A stretch of DNA of 55,074 bases, the filler included, from Dimargaris cristalligena (taxonomy: Eukaryota): NCBI GenBank assembly GCA_003614675.1. It is 2 parts of 2 records of this genome, joined end to end, with 100 filler letters (N's around TTAATTAATTAA, not from the genome) between each part and the next. Parts side by side here need not be neighbours in the genome. Positions count along the whole stretch, not along the records: positions 27,589 to 55,074 come from ML002519.1; 1 more part is not named here. One strand, given 5' to 3'. Every line of letters starts with the position of its first letter. The first letter of the stretch is position 1. Both the position numbers and the translations under genes were made by a program. The notes beneath the pieces were generated by a model. It searched no databases and had not been told where the DNA came from. It saw nothing but the letters and a program-made list of their open reading frames with translations. Shown here in pieces: positions 35,324 through 47,978 of the stretch.

Positions 35324-36541
35324 CTACTCGAGATTCACCCAATGGTCCGCATAATTGCCGAGATACGGTACTTGATACCGAGTCAGTGTTGCCGCATCCA
35401 CGTACGCCCGGTACGCCAGTATGGCCAAGGTTGCTAGAAAGCCCACGAACACGATCCAGTACAGTACCGCCGAGATGAGACCCACGAAGACGAGGCCGAC
35501 CGTAAAGGCCACGGAGACCAAGCAGGACTGCCAGGCGTGGAACCGTACGTAGTCGTTCTTCTGTTCTAGGATGAGGAAGGCCACCCCTGATACGCAGCCG
35601 AGTGCGTAGGTGAGGCCCGCTTCAATATCCGCCCGGAAGGGTAGGGAGGTTTCGTAGCGGTTGACCCGAATCATACCCCGGCCTCCGCCACTGCCGTTGA
35701 GATGATGAGTGTCGCCCAGGGACGAGGAGGAGGATTCGGCCCGGCCGTGTCCGTGTCCGTAGAGGAGTCCCCCTTCCTCGGCCGACGAGGAATCCGCCCG
35801 GGAGTGACCGGCGTAGGTATGCTGCTGCGGGGGTCGATAGCCCGACGATGAACCACTGGCCCCACCGGCTTGACTATTGCCACTCGGGGGGAAATAGCGG
35901 TAGTGACGGGCGGTGCTGTCATTTTGGAAAAATCCATCTTCATCGTCGTCGTCGTTGTCGTTGTTGTTGTTGTCATTCGTGTGGTTGATATGGTTGTGGT
36001 TGCCATCACCGTCCCGATGGGCCCCTTTCATTGTACCGGCTCGGCGGTCATGTTGGGGGTTATCGTAGATCATGCGAGTGTTCCCGTGGCTGTTGGGGTT
36101 GTAAGGACCACCACTGGTCGGCGGGGGATAGTCGGCATCATCATCATCGCCGATGGGAGCGTAGCCGTTGTTGGCGGCCGGCTGTTTACCACGGCGACCA
36201 GTCGGGTGGGTGGGGGGCGGCAATGGCGACGATAATCCCGCAGTCCGCCCACGGCCGGAACCGTCGGAAGGGGTCGGGGCCAACTGGTCGACCTGGACAG
36301 TGAAGGAACCGCCGGTATTCTGATATGACTCATAGGGGAGCACCGCGGCCCTAGTCGGAGAGGGAGAGCCGCTGGACCTCGTGGTATCCGGGTGGCCACT
36401 ACCATATGGCGACGGGGGTTGCTGTTGGCCGGAGAAGGCGGGGGAGCCGGACGATGAGTGTGGAGAGGTCTTTTTACGGGACTTGGAAGGGCGTTCGTCC
36501 GGCGGCGGAGCGTACGGACTGAATTGGTGGTTGTGGCTCAT
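35324..36541 (-). CDS. UPF0132/DUF4870 (Tic20-like) membrane protein with a long disordered N-terminus (405 aa)
   Basis: Start MSHNHQFSPYAPPPDE (gccATG). C-terminal NRYETSLPFRAD.EAGLTY...ILEQKNDYVRFHAWQS with about 3 TM segments and AYRAYVDA. Confidence 0.85.
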   Translation of the reverse strand: MSHNHQFSPYAPPPDERPSKSRKKTSPHSSSGSPAFSGQQQPPSPYGSGHPDTTRSSGSPSPTRAAVLPYESYQNTGGSFTVQVDQLAPTPSDGSGRGRTAGLSSPLPPPTHPTGRRGKQPAANNGYAPIGDDDDADYPPPTSGGPYNPNSHGNTRMIYDNPQHDRRAGTMKGAHRDGDGNHNHINHTNDNNNNDNDDDDEDGFFQNDSTARHYRYFPPSGNSQAGGASGSSSGYRPPQQHTYAGHSRADSSSAEEGGLLYGHGHGRAESSSSSLGDTHHLNGSGGGRGMIRVNRYETSLPFRADIEAGLTYALGCVSGVAFLILEQKNDYVRFHAWQSCLVSVAFTVGLVFVGLISAVLYWIVFVGFLATLAILAYRAYVDAATLTRYQVPYLGNYADHWVNLE

Positions 36542-38004
36542 GGCGACAGGAGAGGCTCTTTGGGATGGACAGGCGGCCAGGAATGCCAAGGAACGGAAAA
36601 CGATAAGAGAGTTTGAAGTGAATAGAGCTAAAGGAATGCGAGCCAAGAACAAAAGAAGAAAGGGAGAAGAGAAGTTCAGAAAGAACAGAACGGGATGGAA
36701 TGGAATGGAATGGCAGTGCAGAGTGGAGTGGCCAGAAAGGGGTTCTGACCTGGTATGTGGGTGTGTATATGCCAATGCGTCTCTATCTATAAGTCGATGT
36801 GTATATGCGCTGGTGGGTGGGAGTGAATAGGTTAAGTGGCGGCGGTAGAGTGACCACTATGCACTTACGGCCAGTTCGATTAGGCAGTAAGGGCTTCCCT
36901 ACAGAGGCTATCTATTGTACCATTACATAGCGGCAAAGCGGACTGGTCCCGTGGATCATTGGGGGACCTGATACCTGTCTAAGAAGCACGCCAAGCTCAG
37001 GCTCGGGCAAATAGAAAATGTATCCGTTTGCCCAAAGGAAAACGGACTTTCAATTCCAGTGGAATTTTTACACCCTGAATCAATCAAATCAATGGGCGGA
37101 GGGGGTTATTCCGCCTGGCCCCTCACCAAGTGGCAAGTGAATCACGCAGGAGGGCAACTAGGCCCAGTTCACGCTTTAAGGCTGTTTAGCTTATGTACGG
37201 AAGGGTTGGCTACTGTATGGGCCGTCAAATACATGGCATTACACCCCCCCCTTTTAATAGGTTGGGTCTTCCCCCCTTCCCTCTGCTCTTCACCAACAGA
37301 GGCCCATTGCCCGCATTCCTCCGCTGTTGGGTGAGGTTTTCGCCTAAATCTGGGACGCTTGATTGATTTTTGGGCACAAATAAGCTGTCGGAATGCGGGA
37401 GTGGTCCTGAGCATTTAACGCTTCTACATTTTTACCGACATGGCAGTCTTCGTTTCACAGCAACTTACTTCAGCCATATTGGCACTATTGTGTCCAAGGG
37501 ATACCTGGGCAATTAGTAATATTTAGATATCATCAGTAATCCCTAAAAGTATTATACATCACGTGACTACCATGTCTAATTTATTTATCAGTGAGGTCCC
37601 CCCCCTCTGTGATGGGGAGTAATGAATTTTGGACTAGAGTAATCCCTGCACACTATATAAACTATACTAGCGTGAGGCTTAGGTGAAAAAAAAAAAGCAA
37701 TAATCCAGTTTTCTCAGAAAGAGGGTCAAATTTTCGACACTAAACCCGACCTAAACTACGGCCACCGGTGTGTCGAGCCCAGAAGCCACCACTACTCTTC
37801 GGCATCCCTCTTACTATCTCCTATTTACTGATAGTTTTTTCATCGTTGGTCGGAATCCCCCCGTGCATTGGTTCAACCTGACAACAGTACTGTACTATAC
37901 CACCCCTTCACTTTATATTTTAAAGAAAAAATAAGTTTATATTTATACATATAACCCCCTTTTTGTTTGCATTGAGCACCCACTTCACCTCGCTATTCAC
38001 CACC

Positions 38005-38571
38005 ATGGCCAAGTCCGGACGAAGCAAATCCAAGATCCAATCCCGCAACATACGCCGGGAGGTCATTTACGGCCCCAAGGAAGCCGAGCGTCTGCTGCGT
38101 TTAGCCACCAAGCAAGCCGATTGTGCCAATGCCCCGTCTTCCATGTCCGGGGTAGTAGAGGACGAAGTCGCCGAGGTATCCTCTGATAAGGTCGACGAAG
38201 ATGTGCCTATGGATGAAGATAACACAACCAAGAGTAAGTGCCGCTGGTTTATTTTTTTATTTCGCCATATATATATATATAAGTATATCCGATTATTCCA
38301 TGTACAAATATACCAACAACTCCTTACCCAGATTCACTGAATCCTAATATCATTACGCTAGTTACCAACCAATTGGTCCGAAACTAACTAATCCTTCTAT
38401 AATCTCGCACTCACCTATTGACTTGTGTTGTTTTTATTTTAATCATCAGGCAAAAAGAACAAGGATGACAAATACAAGGGTCTTCGGGGTTGCGAAATCA
38501 AACGGCGCCGGAAAGAGGCGACCAAGAAACTCCGTCTGGCCAAAAAAGCGGCTCGCCGGGCCGGGAAATAG
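38005..38571 (+). CDS. DUF2423 (YBL028C-like) small basic, probably nucleolar, protein (116 aa); exons 38005-38233, 38450-38571
   Basis: MAKSGRSKSK...RREVIYGPKEAERLLRLATK; GT-AG intron joins in frame to a Lys/Arg-rich tail. Confidence 0.85.
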
Positions 38572-41500
38572 ACATCCTGCTAGGGAGTTGAGTCGATCCA
38601 TTACTGTTACCATCCCTTTTATTTTCTTTTGGCCATGGCGAGACCATATATCCCCGTATAGTCCTTTTGAATTAAAGACTGCATTGTTTTTATTTTCTGT
38701 CGCTTCTATCTGCGAGTTATAAAACACCCTGTTTTATTTATATGTATAGATATTATAGATGGGATGGGTGCTCGATCATCGTCCAAAGTTACATCCACAT
38801 TTTTGATACATCACTATATTTGGGACATATAGGATGTTAGAAAGTAAAGGCAATCCTAGCTGGTACTGGTGGTAATAGAGACTAGCTGTATGCTGATCGG
38901 ATCGTTACATTGCCAATACCGGTCATAATATAAAGGGTACATTAGTGAGTAGCTTGGAGTCAATGCGGATGATGGTATAAGAGGAAGTTATGTCGCATTA
39001 GGGCTGCAATCTTCCTAGTCGACTAAAACAGCTCCAATCTCGTTTATTATATATATATCACAAACTGCTCCTGGAGATTCATATTTACTCGAGTTTCACC
39101 AACTCCGACGGTTCACTAGACCAATTCCAGTCCCAATACCGCCTCCGCTGAAACCCCCCTGTAGCAGCGGATTTCCTCAACCAACCGGTACCATTAATGT
39201 AGATTGTGGAACAAGGGGAATACTATCAACTGGGGCTATTACAGAAGCTTTAAATAGGCACCCTAAGCAGGTCCTTCGGCAAAGACCAAACAATATGGCT
39301 TAATTATCTACTACCTTTACCCCTACCATATTTGACCCCCCAACACCTGAACATACCAAGTCTTCGACTCCCTCCAAACGTGTCGATATTCAACGAATAC
39401 CCCTCTGATCATCTAACATATATATACCAATATGCGGAAGTTACCCATGTCTGATCCGCTGTCTAACTACATCAACGAGGCCCTAGCCTCCCACTTTGTG
39501 GCCCTGACTTTATACGACTCGCCATCACATAGCACCGCAGAACCGCTCCAAACTCATACACTGGACTACTGTATCACCTCAATTCACCCATCCACCGCCT
39601 TCGGTTTGCTAGGCAGTCCCACGCTTAAGGCCAAGCCGACGAAGCAGCTGGCCAGAGTAGAACAATGGCCACCTCTGTCCCCCTGGGTTGACGAACTTCG
39701 AATCACAAGTCGGCTGCCGCAGACTGGGTGGGTCCGGCGCCGGTATGTGCTGATGGTGGCTTACGGCTACGGTGATCTTGCGGCCTGGCTATGGGGTAGA
39801 ATGGCCGCCGCCTTACAGAGTGCCACTTTACTCTCTCCGTACTCGAAACGGCGTGTTATAGGTCTACCAGTTTAGCGGATACGATATAGTTTAACTTGCG
39901 TATCATCAAAATACCCGATATCGTATACTGTGTAAGTAGCTATAATTGTAAAAACGTGGGTCGATAGTATACTGGCCATACGTCTGTAATTTTTAATAAT
40001 GAAATGCCTCATTAATTCAATTAAAAGGCGGGGGGGGTGTACCGAATCTAGTACGGTATTTATAATGGTGTTTATTTAATAGTGGCCTTGTGTGGGTGCA
40101 GATGGCCCGACCAAGGCAAATTAGCTGACCATCGGTATGCCACCGAGAATATTACTATGGACCTGATGAGGAACGGGGGGTCTAGCTCACGTTTCCGTGC
40201 CGAAAATAGAACAGCCATCTAACAATGCTCACCGGCCCAAGGCTGCTCTTTTGGTTCCCGGAAATCCGTGACCAGGATTGACGTTGCCATGTACCCAAGG
40301 TTGATAAATGTAGCTAATACGAGTGGGAGAGAGGAGTAGTGGTAGGGGGGGGGGGGTTACAGTGGACTGGCCCATATGGCGGCCACTAAACCCCCGCAGC
40401 ACTTGCAGAGGCCTGGGATACTTTGGATTGTTGGCCATTGGAGGAGGTGGGGCCGAAAAGTACTGAATGCATATTAACTAGTGCGCCGGTTGCCGGAGTT
40501 TATTATCTACCACCAAGCACCGTCACCTATTGTTCGCAGTTGCATTCAACATACAGTACATGCTCCATCTGGGCTGTTGATTATTCTTACTGCACCTATT
40601 AGTATGCAGTGGGGAAATTAGTTTGATCACTTCGGCGCTTTAACGCTGAATCGCAATCACTTTAAACACCCCCTCTTGTTTCACAGTATTAAACTTTCGA
40701 ATTGATTGGGAATTACATAGTTGTCTATTGACCTTATTAAACGGGGGTGGAGGAGGAGGGGGGTGATTGGTCTTCGGGGAATAAAATACTGGATTTGGTA
40801 ATGAAGTAAAATATGGTGGTGGTAGTTGAAACAAAGGATTTGATTTTGGATTAAAGGTTACCCAAGACTATAATTAAATGGTCAGTTTAAGAATACTGGA
40901 AACTCCAAGACCTATTCTCCAACCCATGAAAAACACAAATGAGAAAAGGCTGGGGTGAAGGATCTCCTCCCCTCCCTTCCACCAATGGACATCACCACCG
41001 AAAAGGTTGCCAAGTGCTGAATCGACAACTTATTGCCTCCGAATGTGGGATGGAGACAGGTGGGGGGAGAGGGGGGTGTACACTGGGGTGAAGCGGATTG
41101 GGACTGGTTGACGATCACTTCGATTTGTGCACCGCCACTACTCGGTCACTGTGGTGAATGGATTGGTGCATAAAGACAGCTCCCAAGAAGCCAGTGTTGG
41201 TGTGAATATCAATGGGGTAGATCCACCGAGCTGGTTCGCTAGGCGGGGCGAGTTCACAGGCTGGCCCCGATCGCACTAACCGAAAGACAATATCCCAATG
41301 CTGCTGGGACGGGGGAGAGGTCAAGAATCGATGAAGAAGAGGCAATATCTCCCCATCCCCCCTCAAGTGGCACGCTATGTGGAGAAGCTCCTCAGTATAT
41401 ATGTCTACGACGGATACGGGGCGGAGAAGTCGGCATGCCCCTCTTCGATTTTAGACGTTCTTTAGAGCGGGGAATCGGGGCCAAGTGGCGGTGGGAGGCT

Positions 41501-43688
41501 TAGGAAAGGGAGTGAATTGGTTCATTTGCCAAAGCTGAGGTGGCTCGCGCAGTTGGGAATCCATGGGCTTTCCCAATCAAGTGAGATATCATTTACGACC
41601 CTGGTCAGGCTCTCCCGCTTCAAAAGAAACGATTGTTTCGATGGTGGTCCGGACTCGCTGGGCGGATAGACGGCGGTGAAGCCGGTAGATATACTTCACG
41701 GCTGGCGGGGGGAAGGATAGATGGATTTGCTACGTTCGATTGCCAAGCGGTGGGGATGCCTGCCTTGCTTCAAATTCGTATCCTCCGAAAGCGGTCGTCA
41801 TTTGATTTACGTCTCAGTCGCCACTATTAAATGATGCTACTCTAACTGGTGGGGGCGGATTTCTGGAACGAGGCTGGCGAAAATGAAAAAAGAAGGAAAG
41901 TGTCCTAAAGGCGGAGGTACTGCTGCTACGCTTCACAAGAGCCAACATGAAGATGAGGTCTCCTAGGGAAAGGCAGAAGGATGGGCATTTACTATAAGTC
42001 GGCGGCGTACATGAGGGCGGGCCGGGGGCCTTTTACGCACTCTTTGATTTTGTTGCTTTACGTTATTTACAACCACGTTGATATCCGGGTTTACGGTGCC
42101 CGGCCGTGGTACTTGCTTCGTTACTTGTGCGGAGTTTCCTTCCTAACTTTCCTCGGTGCTCTTTACGACCTTGACCCATCTCGGCTCCGTCCGCATACAA
42201 AGTGCCCGGACTCTTGTTAGTTAACCAGGATACTATTGTGGCCACTTCCTTCCTTCTTTCTTTCGTTCAGCCTCGTCTATTTCCCTTTCCTTTCCTTTCT
42301 TTAGATCTCTCCATCTCTCCCCTCTGGTTAGCTTGCTTATTTTCCCCTTTCGTTATTTAGTTTACTGTTTGTTTATTGCTATTCCCTTACTTGGTCTACT
42401 TTCCTTCATCTTGTTCGCCTGCATATGTCCAGCTTCAAGTCACCTTGACGCTGCCTGCCCCTTGTTACGTTACGTTGTACCTCTTTCTCCTCCCTAATTC
42501 ACCCACTTCCACTTACCCAAGTGGTATACTTGGTCTCCCTCGTGCATGTGTCGCGTTTCCTAGTTCTAGGCTTGCCCCTTTTTATTTTTATTAATAGTAT
42601 CAATCTTTTAAAACCCCGCCCTGGACCCACTTGCCCGCTGCTTCCTTTCTCGGGCAATATACCCTCGTCTACTTCGTCACTCCCTTTCCTATAGGTAGGT
42701 TTCCCGATAGTTTTTCCGCTCTAACCCCCAGACGGGTTTTAATGGGTGGTCCAGTGGGCTGCGTCGTTCTCCTTAACAGCCCGCCAGACTTTGCTCTTCT
42801 GGCTTGAATCCCCGCCATACTACCGTCCTTCTCCTGGAAGTTTGGCGACCGCCAATACTCTCTCTCTATATGCACCCCAGTGTATATGCAGTGGTCAGAA
42901 CCCTTGCTACTTCAGGCTCACTGGTCTGCCTACTCCCCTCCACAACCGCTTTTCCTGGTTCTCCTCCTTTCTTTTTCTTCCCCTTTATATTAGCCAAGGT
43001 CGACTGGGTTTTGGCACTGAGTGGTGCTATATACCCCCCTCCCCTACTCCTCTCCAGTGTTTTCCAGCTCGTTTACCCGACTTCAGAGCCGGTGCTGATA
43101 ACACGCCATTATCTCACTACCCTAGGCCTCGTTACCCGCAGGCGTGGTTAGGTTTGTATGAGTCTGGTCGCGCTAACTCCTTGTTTGAATATTATATTCT
43201 ACTCCGCCCTGCCTTCCCTCATATAGTTCCTCTGTCTGTGGCCGCATACCAACTCCGCTCTCTGTATGCCCAGGTCTTTTGAACCCGTGTCTGCCTCCAC
43301 TCTTCCCCGCTTGGTAGGCTTCGTTGTTTTCCTCCTTACCAATCAGTCCGCTTCCTACCCGGATCCACGCCATAGTGATCGCCCCGCCCTCCCCCCCGCT
43401 TTGCATATCCCACCGCTCACGTTGACCGCGACCCGCTTGGCACGTCTATAGTGTTCCCGCCCCGCCTTCCACCGCCACTTTTGCCTACCCTATTCTCCAG
43501 TGGCTTTGTCGACTCTTTCTATAGCCAAGTGTTTTTTTATTCTACCTCCGTCTCCTTCATTGGTCCATCTCTGCCATCCCTTGATTGTCAGCGGAGTTCA
43601 TGTTAGCCCACACGCTCCCGGTCTATACGTATCTTTAGTTTATTGCCCCCATAATTTCCCCTCGTAGTTATTTCTGTTACCATTCACA

Positions 43689-46600
43689 ATGACCGACCAC
43701 GTCCCCACTGAGCCCCAGAGCCCCAGCTCTCCTTTCTATACTGGCCTCCCTCCGCCACTACCCCCAACGCCAGCTGCAGGCGGTCAGCCCCAGCCCTCCC
43801 AGTCCTCCTCCAGCCGTCGGCGACCCCGTTACAATGTCTTCGGTCATTACGTACTTATGCAAACCATTGGGGAGGGGGAGTTCGCCAAGGTCAAGTTCGC
43901 CGTGGAGCGCCAGTCCGGCACCGAAGTGGCCATTAAATTGATCAAGAAGGAGAGTATCGACTCGGAAGCCAAACTGTCCAAGATTAATCGTGAGATATCC
44001 GCTCTAAAGGTAAGCCACCGGTCTCGCTATTTTCTACCGCCCGAGTTCCCAGTCGTTTGGGGTATGGTGTTGGTTTACCTTTCAACTAACGGGGTGTGAT
44101 GTCATTTCCATCGATTCCTCCTATCAAATCGCCCTTTTACCCCGTCTAGTCCGTCCGGCACCCTCATATCGTTCAACTCTATGAAATCATCGAAACGGAC
44201 CGATATATCGGAATAGTTATGGAATACGCCTCAGGTAAGTTAATCAGTAAACATTCCACGTCATACGGATGATCCTCCCGCGCTTACCCACTGTCGGAAT
44301 GAAATATTCTGTGGATATCCTCTTGCCCTATAATCGTCGCTACAGTAACTGCCATTTTCTCACTCAATCGATTTCACCTACCGTTTGAATCTGCCTTCAT
44401 TTTAGGGGGCGAGCTGTTTGACTATATTTTGGCCCATCGGTTTTTGCGTGAGAAGGAGGCTGGTCGATTATTTGCTCAATTGATTTCAGGTAGGTTAAGT
44501 GCCTCATTGATTAGTCATTGGCTGACACTGGCTCACTTTTGACATATTTCCAATAACTGAATAGATAAGGCCCCCTTATTATACGCGATCTAGTCGATTG
44601 GTCCATCACCCGTCTATCATATCGTCCATTTTAATAGACACTGTCGGGTGTCGGTTATGTCAGCATAAAATTATTATCAACTAACCAGTACCACCACTAT
44701 TGCCCGTATTGCTCGCATCGATTACCTTCTCAGGCGTCGATTACCTTCATAAACAGCACATTGTGCATCGTGATCTTAAACTTGTAAGTCGTCCTTTACA
44801 GATACTAACATTTGAAGTTACTGGTCCTTTTCCTGTCTATTTAGTCCTTATTAGGCCCCGCCAGATTTAACTCACCCCTCTCTTGCATTATTTTCTATAC
44901 CTAAATTTCATTCGGAATCATCACCAGGAAAATTTATTGCTCGATAATCACCGAGATTTGAAGATCACCGATTTCGGGTTTGCCAACCAGTTCCGTAAAG
45001 CTACCGAGGACCTGATGGCGACGTCGTGCGGGTCCCCTTGCTACGCCGCCCCTGAATTGGTCGTCAATGACGGCATGTATGTGGGAACTGCCGTCGATAT
45101 TTGGTCCTGTGGCGTTATTCTGTATGCCATGTTGGCCGGCTATCTTCCCTTCGATGACGACCCGACCAATCCCGACGGCGACAACATCAACCAATTGTAC
45201 AAATATATTCTGACCACCCCACTGGTATTTCCCGACTACATTAGCTCCTCGGCCCGTGACCTGCTTCGGCGCATGTTGGTGCCTGACCCCATTCAACGCT
45301 GCGACATCCGGGCCATTATGGCTCACGAGTGGTTGAGTGCATTTTCCTACATTTTCGATTTGCCCTCCCAAGAGCAGATTGTTCCCAATATGGACCCCGT
45401 CCCCGTCCTTGTGGTCGAGCCCACCCCGCTGGCCTCCACTCCGCCGGATCTGACCATTCCGTCGGAAGAGGCTCGCAAGGCGAAGGCCCAGAAGCGCCAT
45501 ACTATTCAAGTCGAATACGACGTAGATACACTAGCCGCCTTTGCCCAATTGGATGATGACATCAAGGCTGTTGCGGCTGCCAATGCCGACGCTATCATTC
45601 CCGCGACAGTCGACCCTATACCGGTACCGGCACCGATTCCTGCTGCCGACAACACTGTCGCCCCCCCTGATAGCCCCGTGGACCCTTATTGCATCCCCAG
45701 TGTAGATCAATCCTCAACTACCCGTTCGGAAGAGCCTGCGGCCATGTCCGAGAAGCCCCCTACGGATATCCAGCCCGTCCCTCGTGAGTCAGCCAAGGCG
45801 GATTCTGGCACAGCCGTGGAGCCCGATGAACCTTCCAAGGTGATTGATGACGAAGGTATCGCTGCAGTGGATGTGGCCCCCGTCCACCGGAGTTCTGATC
45901 TCACAAGCGGCACTCGGACCCCGACAACGGTCAGGATTACTGAGCCGGCCCCGTCCACTGAATCCCATTCTAACCCGCCAACGAAGGCTACCGTGCCCAC
46001 CAAACGCCGTAAGGCCCACAGTGTCCTTGTCACTTCAAATACGTTAGCCGCCCTTAACGGCCGGGATTCTGAGACGAGTGAATTCGACCACAAGGCAGCG
46101 GCTGCCGCCGCCGTGGCCGCTGTGTCGGCCTCAAACCCAGCCAAACGTGTGATGGACTGGTTCCGGCGCAAATCCAATGCCCCTAAAGTCGAAGTCGCTC
46201 CCATCAGCACGAATCCTTCGGCCGCAGTTAGTGGGGACCAGCTTCCCACGACCATCAAGAAGCCCGAAGCCTTGGATGATAATCCCAAGCTTAAGCTACA
46301 CCGCGGTGCCGTGGACCAAAATTCACTCACCTCACTACCTCCCGACGAAGTCTTCCAGCGCGTTAAGCAAATCATATTTGATATGGGGCTGGAGGTGTAC
46401 AAAGAGTCGGACTATAAGATTAAATGTATCCGACCCTCCAGCAAGGCAATTCCAGTGGAATCTACATCTAGTAGCCCTGCTGGGCCTGCCGCTAAGAAGC
46501 CCCCTCCCCATCTGGGACTTGTCGCACCCCGCCCCAGCGAGGCCTCGCCGACCTCGCCTGAATTATCACCTACTACGGTTGAAGGAAATGCCATTCCTCT

Positions 46601-47978
46601 CCCTACTAAGGTCCGAGTACATCGGCCCAGTACCAGTCACACCATCCCCTCGCCCTTCAGTGGGTCCGGGGTCTTTAGCCGGCTTAGCCTGGCCATCGGG
46701 GGTGGCAGCACTAAGGGGTCATCTTTACATTCAGACTCCAAGGCGGAACTCCCTTTGCGGACGACCAGCCCCGAGTTACAGCGGCATAGTGTGGACAGTG
46801 CTCGGGTCCCTTCACCCGAGGTCCCCGCTGACTGCACAGCCGCTTCGGTCTATCAGCGGAAACGCCAGAGTACTTTTATGCGATTTATCCCCTTTGGCCA
46901 AGCAAGTCATAGTCAGTCCAAATCGGCCGGCATTAGTTCCACCGATGTAACTGTCTCAGGCTCCATGGCGGGCCACCGTACCAAGCGACAGGGTGGCGCC
47001 AAGTTCGCGGCTGAGGTTCCCCTGGCCAAGAAACTGTCCAATGACCTCTTGGCCAAATTGGCCGAACCCGAGCCTGCTAGTGGGTCGCCCGCTGGCCCTC
47101 AGACTGTCTCCGATAACGGTTCGGTTCATTCTTCTCAGGGCCGCCTTCCTGCCACCACCGGCGCCGCTTCTTCCAACGACCCGATGCTTAACCACCGCCG
47201 GAATAAATCCACCGGTACAGTGTCATTTGTGTCGGTTCAAAACTGCTCCCAGGCATCTGGGGATCCGGAAACCAAGGAGGCCAATGGCGCTCCCGCTTCT
47301 GCCGGAATACCTCGTCCTTCCCACGATTCCTCAGTAACATCCCTTCTTAACCATTCCCGGGACCACCTGTCGACTCATTCGGCCGACTCGCCCCGTCTCC
47401 CGCTCCGGGGAATTCGTGAGCAGCCGGCGCCTGTCTACGGTGAGCTCTACATTGATGCGGCGGGTGAAGTGCGCCTAACGGTGGATATCTGCAAATTGAA
47501 GAACTTACCCCATCTTCTGACGGTACGGGTGCGTCGCCAGCGTGGTAATATCTGGTCCTACAAATTCCTTTACAATGAGTTTTTCAAGCGCCTGGATGTC
47601 AACCAGGGTGCATCGTCTACAGTACCTGTCACCTCGATGGCTGCCGGTGAAGAGGATATGGCGGAGGGGACCACGGCCGGCCCTAGTGTCGGATCCACGC
47701 ACTATAAGGTGACTGGCAGTGTATCGGGGGTTGATTTGTCCCAACAAGATAAACCGGAGATACCCAGCCGGACTAGTCTTTCGCTTCAACATAAACCTGC
47801 TGCTACCACCACTGGAGTCACGGGTTCGTCCCGCCAAGCCAAACGGGCATCTATTTTTCACCCCTCGAGCTTATTCTCCACCTCGAATGGGGTGGGTCGA
47901 TTCATTGGACGCAATAGCTCGGACTCTAAGCACGCTCCCAACCTGAAGGAAATCTTCACTGGCAAACATGAGGCTTAG
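43689..47978 (+). CDS. KIN4: CAMKL Ser/Thr kinase, Kin4/Ppk1-like (1196 aa); exons 43689-44009, 44150-44234, 44406-44489, 44734-44783, 44928-47978
   Basis: GEGEFAKVK, VAIKLIKK, MEYASGGELFDYILAHR, HRDLKLEN, TDFGFAN, TSCGSPCYAAPELV, GYLPFDDDPTNPDGDNINQLYKYI (Kin4-family signature), KRHTIQVEY, and a C-terminal KA1-like domain. Exons total 3591 nt in frame. Confidence 0.92.

Noticed and set aside
36542-36775. Hydrophobic N-terminal extension of the UPF0132 ORF
   Set aside because: It starts at TTG, has no ATG, and reflects a pyrimidine-rich 5' UTR.
37683-37845. RRPE/PAC-like motifs upstream of the DUF2423 gene
   Set aside because: Only partial matches (TGAAAAA, AAATTTTC, TTTTTTCATCG), too weak to call.
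40912-41366. Adjacent minus-strand ORFs meeting at a TGA (possible selenocysteine or readthrough)
   Set aside because: The ORFs are in different frames. Readthrough gives a Pro-rich sequence with no selenoprotein motif, and no SECIS was seen.
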